A stretch of 64,000 nt of DNA from a virus (Duplodnaviria > Caudoviricetes). The stretch lies in the IMG/VR virus record IMGVR_UViG_3300044695_006401. One strand, 5' to 3'. Below the pieces are notes generated by a model that had not been told where the DNA came from, searched no databases, and worked only from the letters and a program-made list of their open reading frames with translations. This document shows positions 39,901-48,974 of this stretch, in pieces. Position 1 is the stretch's first letter; each line of letters starts with the position of its first letter. Position numbers and translations under genes: made by a program.

Positions 39901-42900
39901 AAGTACTAGCAAAAACTAATTCCAAGTAATCATTTTGTTGTAAATCAGCCACGATCGAAACAAATGGTAATTGTTTGACGCTATTAGACACTAATCCTAA
40001 AATACTATCAGTTCTTATTATATTAGTACCATTTTTTCTAACAAAGAAATCCACATCTACAGCAGCACCCCCTTGATTTTTTTCAACTTGGGGGGAAAAA
40101 CTGAATTCATATATACCTGAGTATTGTACAGTTACCCTACTTCCGCTCACAACCGAAATACCATTCTCAATTTCAACCGTATTGTATGTTACAACCGTAG
40201 GGGTATTTGCCCCTGAAACTTGTTGTGTTAAACTACTACTATATTGGGCATAATAGTTAGCAACCCCCGCACCACTACTTCCTGAAGTCCCATTTGTCCC
40301 GCTAGTTCCGTTCGTACCATTAGTCCCTGAAGTTCCGTTTGTACCATTAGTCCCTGAAGTTCCATTAGTCCCTGAAGTACCATTTGTACCGTTAGTTCCG
40401 CTAGTTCCATTTGTACCATTGGTCCCGTTCGTACCTGATGTTCCATTTGTTCCGCTAGTTCCATTTGTTCCGCTAGTACCGCTAGTTCCATTTGTTCCGC
40501 TAGTACCGTTAGTTCCATTCGTTCCTGAAGTCCCATTTGTACCGCTTGATCCATTAGTACCCGATGTTCCATTGGTTCCGTTCGTTCCGCTCGTACCATT
40601 TGTTCCACTTGAACCATTGGTTCCATTTGTTCCGCTAGTACCATTAGTTCCTGAGGTTCCGTTCGTTCCGTTAGTACCACTTGTACCATTTGTTCCGTTA
40701 GTACCTGAAGTTCCGTTCGTTCCACTAGTTCCATTTGTACCATTCGTTCCACTCGTACCGTTAGTACCCGAAGTACCATTTGTTCCATTGGTTCCGCTCG
40801 TACCGTTAGTACCTGAAGTTCCATCTGTTCCGTTGGTTCCTGAAGTTCCATTAGTACCACTTGACCCATCTGTTCCATTAGTTCCTGATGTTCCGTCTGT
40901 ACCATTAGTCCCTGAAGTACCATTTGTTCCACTTGACCCATCCGTACCATTAGTTCCGCTGGTTCCGTCGCTACCACTAGTACCATCTGTTCCGTTTGTT
41001 CCTGAAGTTCCGTCAGTTCCCGACGTTCCATTAGTTCCGTCAGTACCGCTAGTACCATCTGTTCCGTTAGTTCCTGAAGTTCCATTAGTCCCATTTGTAC
41101 CTGAAGTTCCGTTGGTACCATTCGTACCGCTAGTTCCATTCGTACCATTTGTACCACTACTTCCATCCGTACCGCTAGTTCCATCGGTACCATTAGTTCC
41201 GTTTGTACCATTCGTTCCTGACGTTCCATCCGTTCCTGACGTTCCATCCGTACCTGAAGTTCCATCTGTCCCTGAAGTTCCATCCGTTCCGTTTGTTCCA
41301 CTTGTACCATCCGTTCCGTTAGTACCTGAAGTACCATCTGTTCCGCTTGAACCATCCGTTCCATTAGTACCTGATGTTCCGTCTGTACCGTTGGTTCCTG
41401 AAGTTCCATCTGTACCATTTGTACCTGAAGTACCATCCGTACCATCCGTACCATTTGTTCCGCTAGTTCCATCTGTTCCGCTAGTACCATCCGTACCATT
41501 AGTTCCTGAAGTTCCATTCGCACCATTAGTCCCATTTGTACCATTAGTCCCGCTTGTACCATTTGTACCATTAGTCCCGCTTGTACCATTTGTACCTGAT
41601 GTTCCGTTTGTACCTGAAGTACCGTTAGTTCCATTTGTTCCGTTAGTACCCGAAGTTCCGTTGGTGCCACTTGTACCATTGGTTCCATTTGTACCAGAAG
41701 TCCCATTTGTTCCACTAGTACCATTAGTCCCTGAAGTACCGTTTGTACCGTTAGTTCCACTTGTGCCGTTCGTACCTGAAGTTCCATTAGTACCGTTTGT
41801 ACCTGATGTTCCATTCGTACCGTTAGTACCTGAAGTACCATTTGTTCCTGATGTTCCATTGGTTCCTGATGTACCGTTAGTACCATTTGTTCCTGAGGTT
41901 CCATTGGTTCCGGATGTTCCGTTTGTTCCGCTAGTACCATTCGTTCCGTTAGTACCTGATGTCCCGTTTGTCCCATTTGTACCTGATGTTCCATTTGTAC
42001 CACTAGTACCGTTTGTACCTGAAGTTCCGTTAGTTCCATTAGTTCCGCTAGTACCATTAGTCCCTGATGTCCCATTTGTACCATTACTTCCCGATGTTCC
42101 ATCGGTCCCGCTAGTACCATTAGTTCCAGAAGTTCCGTCGGTACCGCTCGACCCTGAAGTTCCTGATGTGCCGTCTGTTCCTGAGGATCCACTTGTTCCG
42201 CTAGTACCATCCGTACCACTAGAACCTGATGTTCCACTTGTGCCATCGGTACCGCTTGATCCTGAAGAACCTGATGTTCCACTTGTTCCGTCAGTACCTG
42301 AAGAACCGCTTGTGCCGCTTGAACCAGATGTCCCTGATGTACCGTCTGTTCCGCTAGAACCTGAAGTTCCACTTGTACCGTCAGTACCGCTCGACCCTGA
42401 AGTTCCTGATGTGCCGTCTGTTCCTGAGGACCCACTTGTTCCGCTAGAACCTGATGTCCCGCTAGAACCTGATGTCCCGCTAGTTCCGTCAGTTCCTGAA
42501 GATCCACTTGTTCCACTAGTACCATCTGTACCTGAAGATCCGCTCGTCCCATTAGTACCATCTGTTCCTGAAGTTCCATCCGTACCTGAAGTACCATCTG
42601 TTCCTGAAGTACCATCTGTTCCACTTGTCCCGTCTGTTCCGTTAGTACCTGAAGAACCACTAGTGCCATCCGTACCATTTGTTCCTGATGAACCACTAGT
42701 TCCATCAGTTCCGCTTGAACCCGAAGTTCCGTTAGTACCATCCGTACCGCTTGTTCCACTAGTCCCATCTGTTCCGCTAGAACCAGATGTTCCATCTGTG
42801 CCTGAAGACCCATTTGTCCCATCAGTACCTGAGGTTCCACTTGACCCACTAGTGCCATTCGTACCACTTGAACCTGATGTACCGTTAGTTCCATTAGTTC

Positions 42901-45043
42901 CTGAAGATCCGCTAGTCCCGTCTGTACCGCTCGTTCCATCGGTACCGCTAGAACCTGATGTTCCGTCTGTCCCTGAAGAACCTGAAGTTCCGCTAGTTCC
43001 ATCCGTACCTGAAGTTCCGCTAGTTCCATCCGTACCTGAAGATCCGCTAGACCCATCTGTTCCGCTAGTCCCTGAAGTTCCATCTGTACCATTAGTGCCT
43101 GATGTTCCGCTAGTCCCTGAAGTTCCATCTGTTCCGTTAGTTCCACTTGAACCATTTGTTCCATTCGTTCCGCTAGTACCATTCGTTCCGTTTGTACCTG
43201 ATGTTCCGTTTGTACCATTAGTTCCCGAAGTTCCGTTTGTACCACTTGAACCATTTGTTCCTGATGTACCGTTAGTTCCATTTGTGCCTGAGCTTCCGCT
43301 AGTACCATTTGTTCCACTAGAACCATCTGTACCATTTGTTCCCGAAGTTCCGTCTGTACCATCTACACCCGATAAACCACTAGTTCCGTTTGTACCTGAC
43401 GATCCATCGGTACCGTTTGTTCCGCTAGTTCCGCTAGTTCCATTCGTACCTGAAGACCCATTTGTACCGTTAGTTCCTGATGAACCATTAGTTCCATTTG
43501 TGCCCGATGATCCGTTAGTTCCATCAGTGCCGCTTGTACCATTGGTTCCGTTTGTTCCTGAAGTCCCATTAGTTCCATCATTACCACTCGTACCATCTGT
43601 ACCACTAGACCCATCTGTTCCACTAGTACCATCAGTACCGTTTGTTCCGCTACTTCCGCTTGTTCCGTTTGTACCTGAAGTACCATCAGTACCGTTTGTT
43701 CCTGAAGATCCGTTAGATCCGTTAGTTCCGTTTGTACCTGAGGTACCGTCAGTACCACTAGTCCCATTAGTACCAGATGTACCGTTTGTACCGGAAGTAC
43801 CATCAGATCCTGAAGTACCATTTGTTCCAGATGTTCCGTTAGTTCCATTAGTACCGCTAGTACCATTCGTTCCATTTGTTCCTGAAGACCCATTTGTGCC
43901 GTTAGTTCCTGATGATCCGTCTGTACCACTAGACCCATCAACACCACTTGTTCCATTTGTACCTGAAGACCCGTTAGTACCATTGGTACCACTACTTCCT
44001 GAAGTCCCATTTGTACCTGATGTACCATCGGACCCCGAAGACCCATTAGTCCCCGAAGTTCCACTCGTACCATTAACTCCCGAAATACCACTAGTACCAT
44101 CAGTACCATTTGTTCCTGATGTCCCACTTGACCCGTTAGCAGTTATTCCTGTAATAGAAACAACTCCATTGTCAGTTCTAAATAATTCAATTGTACTTGA
44201 CGCTGAATAGTATGTTCCTCCGGTCACATATATGTCTGTAAAACCAGTTAAAAACCCTGTTACATTGAATGTTCCTCCCGTATTATTTGTAAAAGTCGCA
44301 GTACCATTATTTGGGTCATAGGTACCACCTGTGACAACTATTTCAGGAGGTAAACCTAAATAAGTTGTTGCAGAAAAACTACCATTAACAGTCAAACCTG
44401 TAAAATCATTTACAGTTGTAGAGTAAGTCCCGCCTGTCACATCAAATATCGTAAATGTATTATTACCATATGTAAAAGCAGAAATACCACTTCCTTGACC
44501 ACCTGTTGTAAATTTTCTCCATGTCGAATTACTACCTCCACCATTATAACCTTCAACAGTATTTCCTGTCCAAGCATTTATAAAAGCAATACCCGCGGCA
44601 CTATTAGATTTTACAGTTGTACCAAATTCTGAAACAACTACAGTGGATCCACCAGGACCTGTTGCCCCTGTGGCATTATTCCATAATGTTTGGTAGTTTG
44701 GAATTTGAAATTGATATACTTCTTGTGTTTCTTGAACATAAGCCAACATACCTAATCTTCTTCTTCCTGAAGAGATGTTATCTGATCCAAGTGTTAATAC
44801 ATCAGGTGAAAATATAGACCCTGTTCCTTTTTGTAATTGAATAGGGATAGTATTACCTGATATTTCTATATATCCTGTTGAACCTGATGGTACGGTGAAA
44901 AATAAGTCACTTATATTGTATACCTCCATGTACCCACCAACTCCTAAAATACTGAAGTTTGTTCCATAGGTACTTGTTCTAGATACTGAACTTGCACCTA
45001 GTACATTTATTGGGGTTATTGGGTTTTTATATAATCCAGACAT
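36947..45043 (-). CDS. giant collagen-like fibre protein B (2698 aa) with internal C1q/BclA-CTD-like domain
   Basis: About 300-aa N-domain, about 1290 Gly-X-Y residues, about 160-aa beta insert, about 800 Gly-X-Y residues, C-terminal beta domain. Confidence 0.88.
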   Translation of the reverse strand: MSGLYKNPITPINVLGASSVSRTSTYGTNFSILGVGGYMEVYNISDLFFTVPSGSTGYIEISGNTIPIQLQKGTGSIFSPDVLTLGSDNISSGRRRLGMLAYVQETQEVYQFQIPNYQTLWNNATGATGPGGSTVVVSEFGTTVKSNSAAGIAFINAWTGNTVEGYNGGGSNSTWRKFTTGGQGSGISAFTYGNNTFTIFDVTGGTYSTTVNDFTGLTVNGSFSATTYLGLPPEIVVTGGTYDPNNGTATFTNNTGGTFNVTGFLTGFTDIYVTGGTYYSASSTIELFRTDNGVVSITGITANGSSGTSGTNGTDGTSGISGVNGTSGTSGTNGSSGSDGTSGTNGTSGSSGTNGTNGSSGTNGTSGVDGSSGTDGSSGTNGTNGSSGTNGTNGTSGTNGTNGTSGTNGTSGSDGTSGTNGTSGTNGTSGTDGTSGTNGTNGSNGSSGTNGTDGTSGTNGTSGSSGTNGTDGTSGTDGSSGTDGTSGNDGTNGTSGTNGTNGTSGTDGTNGSSGTNGTNGSSGTNGTNGSSGTNGTSGTSGTNGTDGSSGTNGTSGLSGVDGTDGTSGTNGTDGSSGTNGTSGSSGTNGTNGTSGTNGSSGTNGTSGTNGTNGTSGTNGTNGTSGTNGTNGSSGTNGTDGTSGTSGTSGTNGTDGTSGTSGTDGSSGSSGTDGTSGTSGTDGTSGTSGSSGTDGTSGSSGTDGTSGTDGTSGSSGTNGTNGTSGSSGTNGTSGSSGTSGTDGTNGSSGTDGTSGSSGTDGTSGTSGTDGTNGTSGSSGTDGTSGSSGTNGTDGTSGSSGTNGTDGTSGTDGTSGTDGTSGTDGTSGTDGTNGTSGSSGTDGTSGTSGSSGTDGTSGTSGSSGTSGSSGTSGSSGTDGTSGTSGSSGTDGTSGTSGSSGTDGTSGTSGSSGTSGSSGTDGTSGTSGSSGSSGTDGTSGTSGSSGTDGTSGTSGSSGTDGTSGTSGSSGTDGTSGTNGTSGTDGTSGSNGTNGTSGTNGTSGTNGTNGTSGTNGTSGTNGTSGTNGTNGTSGTNGTNGTSGTNGTSGTNGTSGTNGTNGTSGTNGTSGTNGTSGTNGTNGTSGTNGTNGTSGTNGTSGTNGTNGTSGTNGTSGTNGTSGTNGTNGTSGTNGTSGTNGTNGTNGTSGTNGTSGTNGTSGTNGTNGTSGTNGTNGTNGANGTSGTNGTDGTSGTDGTSGTNGTDGTDGTSGTNGTDGTSGTNGTDGTSGTNGTDGSSGTDGTSGTNGTDGTSGTNGTDGTSGTDGTSGTDGTSGTDGTSGTNGTNGTNGTDGTSGTDGSSGTNGTNGTSGTNGTNGTSGTNGTNGTSGTNGTDGTSGTDGTNGTSGTDGTSGTNGTDGTSGSDGTSGTNGTDGSSGTNGTSGTNGTDGTSGTNGTDGSSGTNGTSGTNGTDGTSGTNGTSGTNGTNGTSGTNGTSGTNGTNGTSGTNGTSGTNGTNGTSGTNGTNGTSGTNGTSGTNGTNGSSGTNGTSGTNGTNGTSGTNGSSGTNGTSGTNGTNGTSGTNGTSGTSGTNGTSGTNGTSGTNGTNGTNGTSGTNGTNGTSGTNGTSGTNGTNGTSGTNGTNGTSGTNGTSGSSGAGVANYYAQYSSSLTQQVSGANTPTVVTYNTVEIENGISVVSGSRVTVQYSGIYEFSFSPQVEKNQGGAAVDVDFFVRKNGTNIIRTDSILGLVSNSVKQLPFVSIVADLQQNDYLELVFASTSEDVQLTAEAAQTSPYIAPAAPSIIVTIKNIGVAAVAYTSTSGTNGTNGSSGTSGTNGTNGTSGTNGTSGTNGTSGTNGTNGTSGTNGTSGTNGTNGTSGTNGTNGTSGTNGTNGTNGTSGTNGTSGTNGTSGTNGTSGTNGTNGTNGTSGTNGTNGTSGTNGTNGTSGTNGTSGTNGTNGTSGTNGTNGTSGTNGTSGTNGTSGTNGTNGTSGTNGTSGTNGTNGTSGTNGTSGTNGTSGTNGTNGTSGTNGTNGTSGTNGTSGTNGTNGTSGTNGTNGTSGTNGTNGTSGTNGTNGTSGTNGTSGTNGTSGTNGTNGTSGTNGTNGTSGTNGTSGTNGTSGTNGTNGTSGTNGTSGTNGTSGTNGTNGTSGTNGTSGTNGTSGTNGTNGTSGTNGTSGTNGTNGTSGTNGTNGTSGTNGTSGTNGTNGTSGTNGTSGTNGTSGTNGTSGTNGTNGTSGTNGTNGTSGTNGTSGTNGTSGTNGTNGTSGTNGTNGSSGTNGTSGTNGTNGTSGTNGTSGTNGSSGTNGTNGTSGTNGTNGTSGTNGTNGTSGTNGTSGTNGTNGTSGTNGTSGTNGTNGTSGTNGTSGTNGTNGTSGTNGTSGTNGTSGTNGTNGTSGTNGTSGTNGTNGTSGTNGTNGTSGTNGTSGTNGTSGTNGTNGTSGTNGTSGTNGTNGTSGTNGTNGTNGTSGTNGTSGTNGTNGTSGTNGTNGTNGTSGTNGTSGTNGTNGTSGTNGTNGTSGTNGTSGTNGTNGTSGTNGTSGTNGTSGTNGTSGTNGTNGTSGTNGTSGTNGTNGTSGTNGTSGTNGTSGTNGTSGTNGTSGTNGTSGTNGTNGTSGTTPIVPGADNEVLTSDGSGNIVAESGFTYNGSDGTLTLNSTHSLVNTTSLTNISSGQVVESYGTDIGCGAIFEYCVTENGGAKRIGQVYAVWNNTNGDGTDVSSPDLGGSTANFVWKVQVSGGSVELACAIGGGTWTILVSTRIIF
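37388..44134 (-). repeat. two Gly-X-Y tracts (40274-44134: [12 protein letters not shown]; 37388-39775: GTN/GTS)
   Basis: Direct translation. Confidence 0.95.
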
Positions 45044-45061
45044 TAATTGTAAACATTAAAA

Positions 45062-46225
45062 TTATGGTTGGGTGTCGTTCCCTCTAAAATAAATATTTGT
45101 TGAATCAAGTATTTTGAATATTTGGTAAGGGAATGTGGTATATACTTTATACGTATCTGCAGGAATTGTCGAACCAGTATACACCAAGTCATATTGGTAA
45201 ATCGTTGGTTCAGTATTAACTCCTGTAAATAAATTAGCATCACCCGTAGTGTTTATGTCAATTTTAACTTGGTATTCGTCGTTAGTTGCACTAAATGGTA
45301 TCAACCATGTATACCAAGCCTGTCCGTTCACTGTCCCGGCAGGTACTTCTGTTGTTAAGAAGTTGTAAGCGTATATAGGGTTACCAAAACTATCCAAACC
45401 TCCACTTACTTGTGGTACAGTTTGAGTAATTATTGATGGGAATTGAGAGTTAGTCCACCCTGCGTAATCAACATATAAGTTCATATCGATATCGAATTGA
45501 GCTTGATTTTGTGTTGGTTGCGAAGAGTTAGAGAATCCAAAGAAGTTAGATCCGCTGTTATACATCCATGTACCAATGTCTTCTGATCCATCTATAGGTT
45601 CTATGAATAAGTATGCAAATGTATTCAAGAACGGAGTAGGTGTTGGAGTAGGTGTTGCAGTTGGTGTTGGTGTAGGTGTTTCTGTTGGTGTTGCAGTCGG
45701 CGTTGTTGTCGGTGTTGGGGTTACGGTTGGTGTCGGTGTTATAGTTGGTGTTGGTGTTGCAGTTGGTGTTGATGTCGGAGTTGCGGTTGGCGTTGCAGTC
45801 GGTGTTGGTGACATTGTTGGTGTCGGAGTTGGTGTAGGAGTTGGATCCAATGTAACAGGTGGAGGTGCCGGAAAACAACAAAAATCACTATCCACAATTG
45901 ATTCCAAAATAGATATAAATAAAACATCTCTTAAAGGTAGAATTACAGTTCCTTGAGTTGTTTGGATACTAAATTCTCCTTTAAACCTACCTATTTTACT
46001 TGTATTTTTTTCTGTGAATTGATAATATATAGAATTTCTTTCAGATGAGTAAGAACACAAAGCATTTGCAATACGATATACACCTGTGTCAACATCTATC
46101 ATGGAAAAATAGATGGTACTCCCCGTTAAGTTATTATAAGGGTAGTTATAATCTAATTTTCCGTCTTTGATGAGGTCTATTTCAAGGTATGGTAGAGTGC
46201 TCTTTTTGCGAATAAAAAATTCCAT
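45062..46225 (-). CDS. structural protein: BppU-N-like domain + long Pro/Thr linker + C-terminal domain
   Basis: F.I.K.STLP.LEI.L, YQFT...T...G.F.GEF.I resembles baseplate upper protein N-domain; about 70-aa PT linker. Confidence 0.65.
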   Translation of the reverse strand: MEFFIRKKSTLPYLEIDLIKDGKLDYNYPYNNLTGSTIYFSMIDVDTGVYRIANALCSYSSERNSIYYQFTEKNTSKIGRFKGEFSIQTTQGTVILPLRDVLFISILESIVDSDFCCFPAPPPVTLDPTPTPTPTPTMSPTPTATPTATPTSTPTATPTPTITPTPTVTPTPTTTPTATPTETPTPTPTATPTPTPTPFLNTFAYLFIEPIDGSEDIGTWMYNSGSNFFGFSNSSQPTQNQAQFDIDMNLYVDYAGWTNSQFPSIITQTVPQVSGGLDSFGNPIYAYNFLTTEVPAGTVNGQAWYTWLIPFSATNDEYQVKIDINTTGDANLFTGVNTEPTIYQYDLVYTGSTIPADTYKVYTTFPYQIFKILDSTNIYFRGNDTQP

Positions 46226-46240
46226 ACAGATAAATACCTC

Positions 46241-46276
46241 AAAAAAGAAAAGGTGTTCTCTACGAACACCTTTCTT
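46241..46276 (-). terminator. intrinsic terminator
   Basis: AAGAAAGGTGTTC-GTAGA-GAACACCTTTTCTTTTTT on minus strand. Confidence 0.7.
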
Positions 46277-46376
46277 AGATTTAGAACACCCCCCTTTTCT
46301 TTAAAGGTTTATGAAAACTCAAACTACTTGTGTTTTCAGATTTTGTTGGATATACCGCCAACAACTTCGGTATGTC

Positions 46377-48077
46377 TTATAGTCTTGTCATAATTTCGTG
46401 AAATTCTTCATTAACTATAGTTTTATTATAACCAAAATCGATCAATTTACTCTTTTCTTCAATAAGTGATTTTTTGATTGTTTTTGAGTGACTATTTTCA
46501 ACAATAAAACTCAAACGATTGCGAATGATTTTTGATTCATTCGATGAATCTTGTTTTCTTTGTTTGTGCTCTAACACAACTTTAGAAATGGTTTTAGAAA
46601 GTTCCATAACTTTTTTATTATAAATATCTTCTTTATTGTAATGTTCAGGTAAAATTAATTGGAAATCTAAAAATTGTCCTACAGGATTTCTCATTAGTAG
46701 TATGTTTTTTTCGCCGATTTTCCTTCTAAAACCTTTCACATCCTTATATTTGTTCCAACAAAATTGTAATTGATTTTTAACAGATTTTAATTGTTCATTA
46801 TTTTTTAGATCTGAAAAATTTATTTCTTTTTCAGTATCTAATAAACTAAGGTTTGTTGGGAATTTACCAGTTTGGTGCATCACTTTCAAATCTTCGCCAT
46901 ATTCTGAAAGTTTTTGAAGGCAATCTTCTTCTAAAGTTTTTGGTGTGGATTTATCTTTATACCCTCCTCTATTATCGGATGGTACAAACATATTACGATA
47001 CCAATCAGTATTGAATGATTTTTTAGAAAGATCAGATTTATTAAATTCTACAGTTTCAGTTTCTGACTTTTTGAGTTGCTTATTAGGTGATAAAATCAAA
47101 TTAACTATTTCGTTATCTTCATCAATATCTAATTCATCTATTTTTAAAAAAAAGTAACGACTATCACCATGAGATAGAGTTGCCGTTAAAACATAAACAC
47201 CATAATTTATATCCTCAATTAAAAAATCACCATTTTTGTCACTTTTACCTATTTTAACATCGTCTTTATTATCTTTTCTAACTAATTTCACACTTACATT
47301 TGGTAGTGTTCCTTCAAATGTTCTCGAAAGGTTATTTGACTTCCTATCCTCGGGTTTTTCTTTATAAACAATTGTGGATTTGAAATTTGTTACTCCTTTT
47401 AAATTTGCGGACTTTCTTACATTAAAAGTCAAACTATCGTTTTTTACAGGATTTACACTTATTTCAGAATCAAAAATATTTTTAATTACGGTTCCATCAG
47501 ATAGGGTAACACCTATTACAATATCATTTTGTTTAAATGTTCCTTTTATTTCTTTACCTGTAGATAGTGATTTATATGTCCCGACGCCATCAATCATTCC
47601 GTTTTTGAACTCGCCCTTATAGGTGTCTTTACTGTCTAAAAATATGATCGTACCTTTACCACCTATTTTACCATCTATAAATTCACCAGCGTATTTCCAA
47701 TTATTAGTAAAAAAATTATAATCTTTTGAATCCGTTAAAGTTCCATACTGAAATTTATTTGCTTTTGAGTTGTCTCCTTTAAATGGTCTTGGCGTCGATA
47801 GTGGTGTAGAGTCACTGTAATATTCTCCATTGAAGGTTCCTCTGTCCCCAGTTTCCGATTCCATTGTACGAATCAATTTATAACTATCGAAACAAGCCTT
47901 TACCTTAATATTTTTACCATCAATTACACCATCAAATTCTGCATAACCAAATTCGGGAGGTGTTGATAGTGGACCTAAAGAATATAAATTTACAAAAGGA
48001 CTTGGGTCTCCACATCCTTTCCATTTGGATCTGTTCTGATCTAATGTTCTTTTAATTATGACGGTTTCAAAATCCAT
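46377..48077 (-). CDS. MORN-repeat protein with prealbumin/carboxypeptidase-regulatory-like domain
   Basis: YAGEFIDGK..GKG, YKGEFKNG.IDG.G; L.NVSV.L...G.SD.NG.F.I..I.YG.Y.L.A. Confidence 0.75.
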   Translation of the reverse strand: MDFETVIIKRTLDQNRSKWKGCGDPSPFVNLYSLGPLSTPPEFGYAEFDGVIDGKNIKVKACFDSYKLIRTMESETGDRGTFNGEYYSDSTPLSTPRPFKGDNSKANKFQYGTLTDSKDYNFFTNNWKYAGEFIDGKIGGKGTIIFLDSKDTYKGEFKNGMIDGVGTYKSLSTGKEIKGTFKQNDIVIGVTLSDGTVIKNIFDSEISVNPVKNDSLTFNVRKSANLKGVTNFKSTIVYKEKPEDRKSNNLSRTFEGTLPNVSVKLVRKDNKDDVKIGKSDKNGDFLIEDINYGVYVLTATLSHGDSRYFFLKIDELDIDEDNEIVNLILSPNKQLKKSETETVEFNKSDLSKKSFNTDWYRNMFVPSDNRGGYKDKSTPKTLEEDCLQKLSEYGEDLKVMHQTGKFPTNLSLLDTEKEINFSDLKNNEQLKSVKNQLQFCWNKYKDVKGFRRKIGEKNILLMRNPVGQFLDFQLILPEHYNKEDIYNKKVMELSKTISKVVLEHKQRKQDSSNESKIIRNRLSFIVENSHSKTIKKSLIEEKSKLIDFGYNKTIVNEEFHEIMTRL

Positions 48078-48100
48078 ATCAACTAATAAATACTTTGAAA

Positions 48101-48970
48101 TTAAAACTTGTAACGAATTCCGAACTTACCGTCAAATTTTCTGTCACACTCAGATAGAATATGGTCTACTACTTTTTGGTGGTCCTCTTGTATACTATTG
48201 TCATTTTTAACCAAGTATAATGATCGACAAAAACCTCTATTAACTCTAATTTTTGGGGAATTAGATTTCAATTCATCAAAAAATAAAGAGGTTGGTTTCA
48301 GTTTGTAAATTTTGATTTTGTCATTGAAAGCTGAGTTTATTTCACTTTCAGTATAAAAGTCTTTAAAGAACTGAAATGGGGGTATTGTAGTCCACCCATT
48401 TTCCATTTTTTCTTTTACCTTACCTTTGATTTTAATCGGTAACCTATTAACACCATTAAGTTCATTCACTTTTAGTGTTTCTATTGCTTTTTGTTCTTTT
48501 TTTTTTAAACCGTCTTCAGGTTTTTCTCTTGGTTCATCTTCCTCTTTTGACTTTCTCTCGATTTTTTTTAAATCCATATTTGAAAGTTCTTTTTTGTTAA
48601 ATGATCCTTTTACTAAAAACCAGTTACCGTCGGCAGGTCTTGAAACAGACCAAATTTCCATTTCTCCTCTTGATTCTCTTAAAGATTGTAAAACCTTAAC
48701 TAAACCAACAAGTTCGACAGATTCGGTCAAATGTGCTAAATCCTTTGTAAACATAATTTTAACAACATCTTCATGCGTGTCAACCACTGCTCTTACAAAT
48801 GAGTCGTCCTCATCATATTTTTTTCTGTAATGGTTTATTCTATCCATCACATCTTCCATGTTAATTTTCACATCTTTGTATTCACCTTTTTCTTCATCAT
48901 ACGATTTAAATTTGAAAGTGTCCTTCCAGTGTTTAAAATTATCTTCGTCGAATCTTTTTCCTGTTTCCAT
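48101..48970 (-). CDS. hypothetical protein
   Basis: 289 aa ORF in operon. Confidence 0.7.
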   Translation of the reverse strand: METGKRFDEDNFKHWKDTFKFKSYDEEKGEYKDVKINMEDVMDRINHYRKKYDEDDSFVRAVVDTHEDVVKIMFTKDLAHLTESVELVGLVKVLQSLRESRGEMEIWSVSRPADGNWFLVKGSFNKKELSNMDLKKIERKSKEEDEPREKPEDGLKKKEQKAIETLKVNELNGVNRLPIKIKGKVKEKMENGWTTIPPFQFFKDFYTESEINSAFNDKIKIYKLKPTSLFFDELKSNSPKIRVNRGFCRSLYLVKNDNSIQEDHQKVVDHILSECDRKFDGKFGIRYKF

Positions 48971-48974
48971 GTTA

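Noticed and set aside
28389-44127. Long minus-strand alternative-frame ORFs (MEQMELQEL...)
   Set aside because: In this shifted frame codons start with the 2nd base of Gly/Thr/Asn/Ser codons, never T, so no stops arise; it breaks exactly at a Val codon (31701). No evidence of frameshifting.
28300-44134. CRISPR array or DGR template/variable repeats
   Set aside because: Repeats are in-frame coding triplets without unique spacers; no reverse transcriptase or A-specific mismatch pair seen.
29066-44210. Very long plus-strand ORFs (e.g. 30503..36610, 37359..39791, 40419..44210) rich in P/V/F/L
   Set aside because: Antisense shadows of GGN-ACN-AAY/TCN codons; stops are structurally excluded and the composition is implausible.
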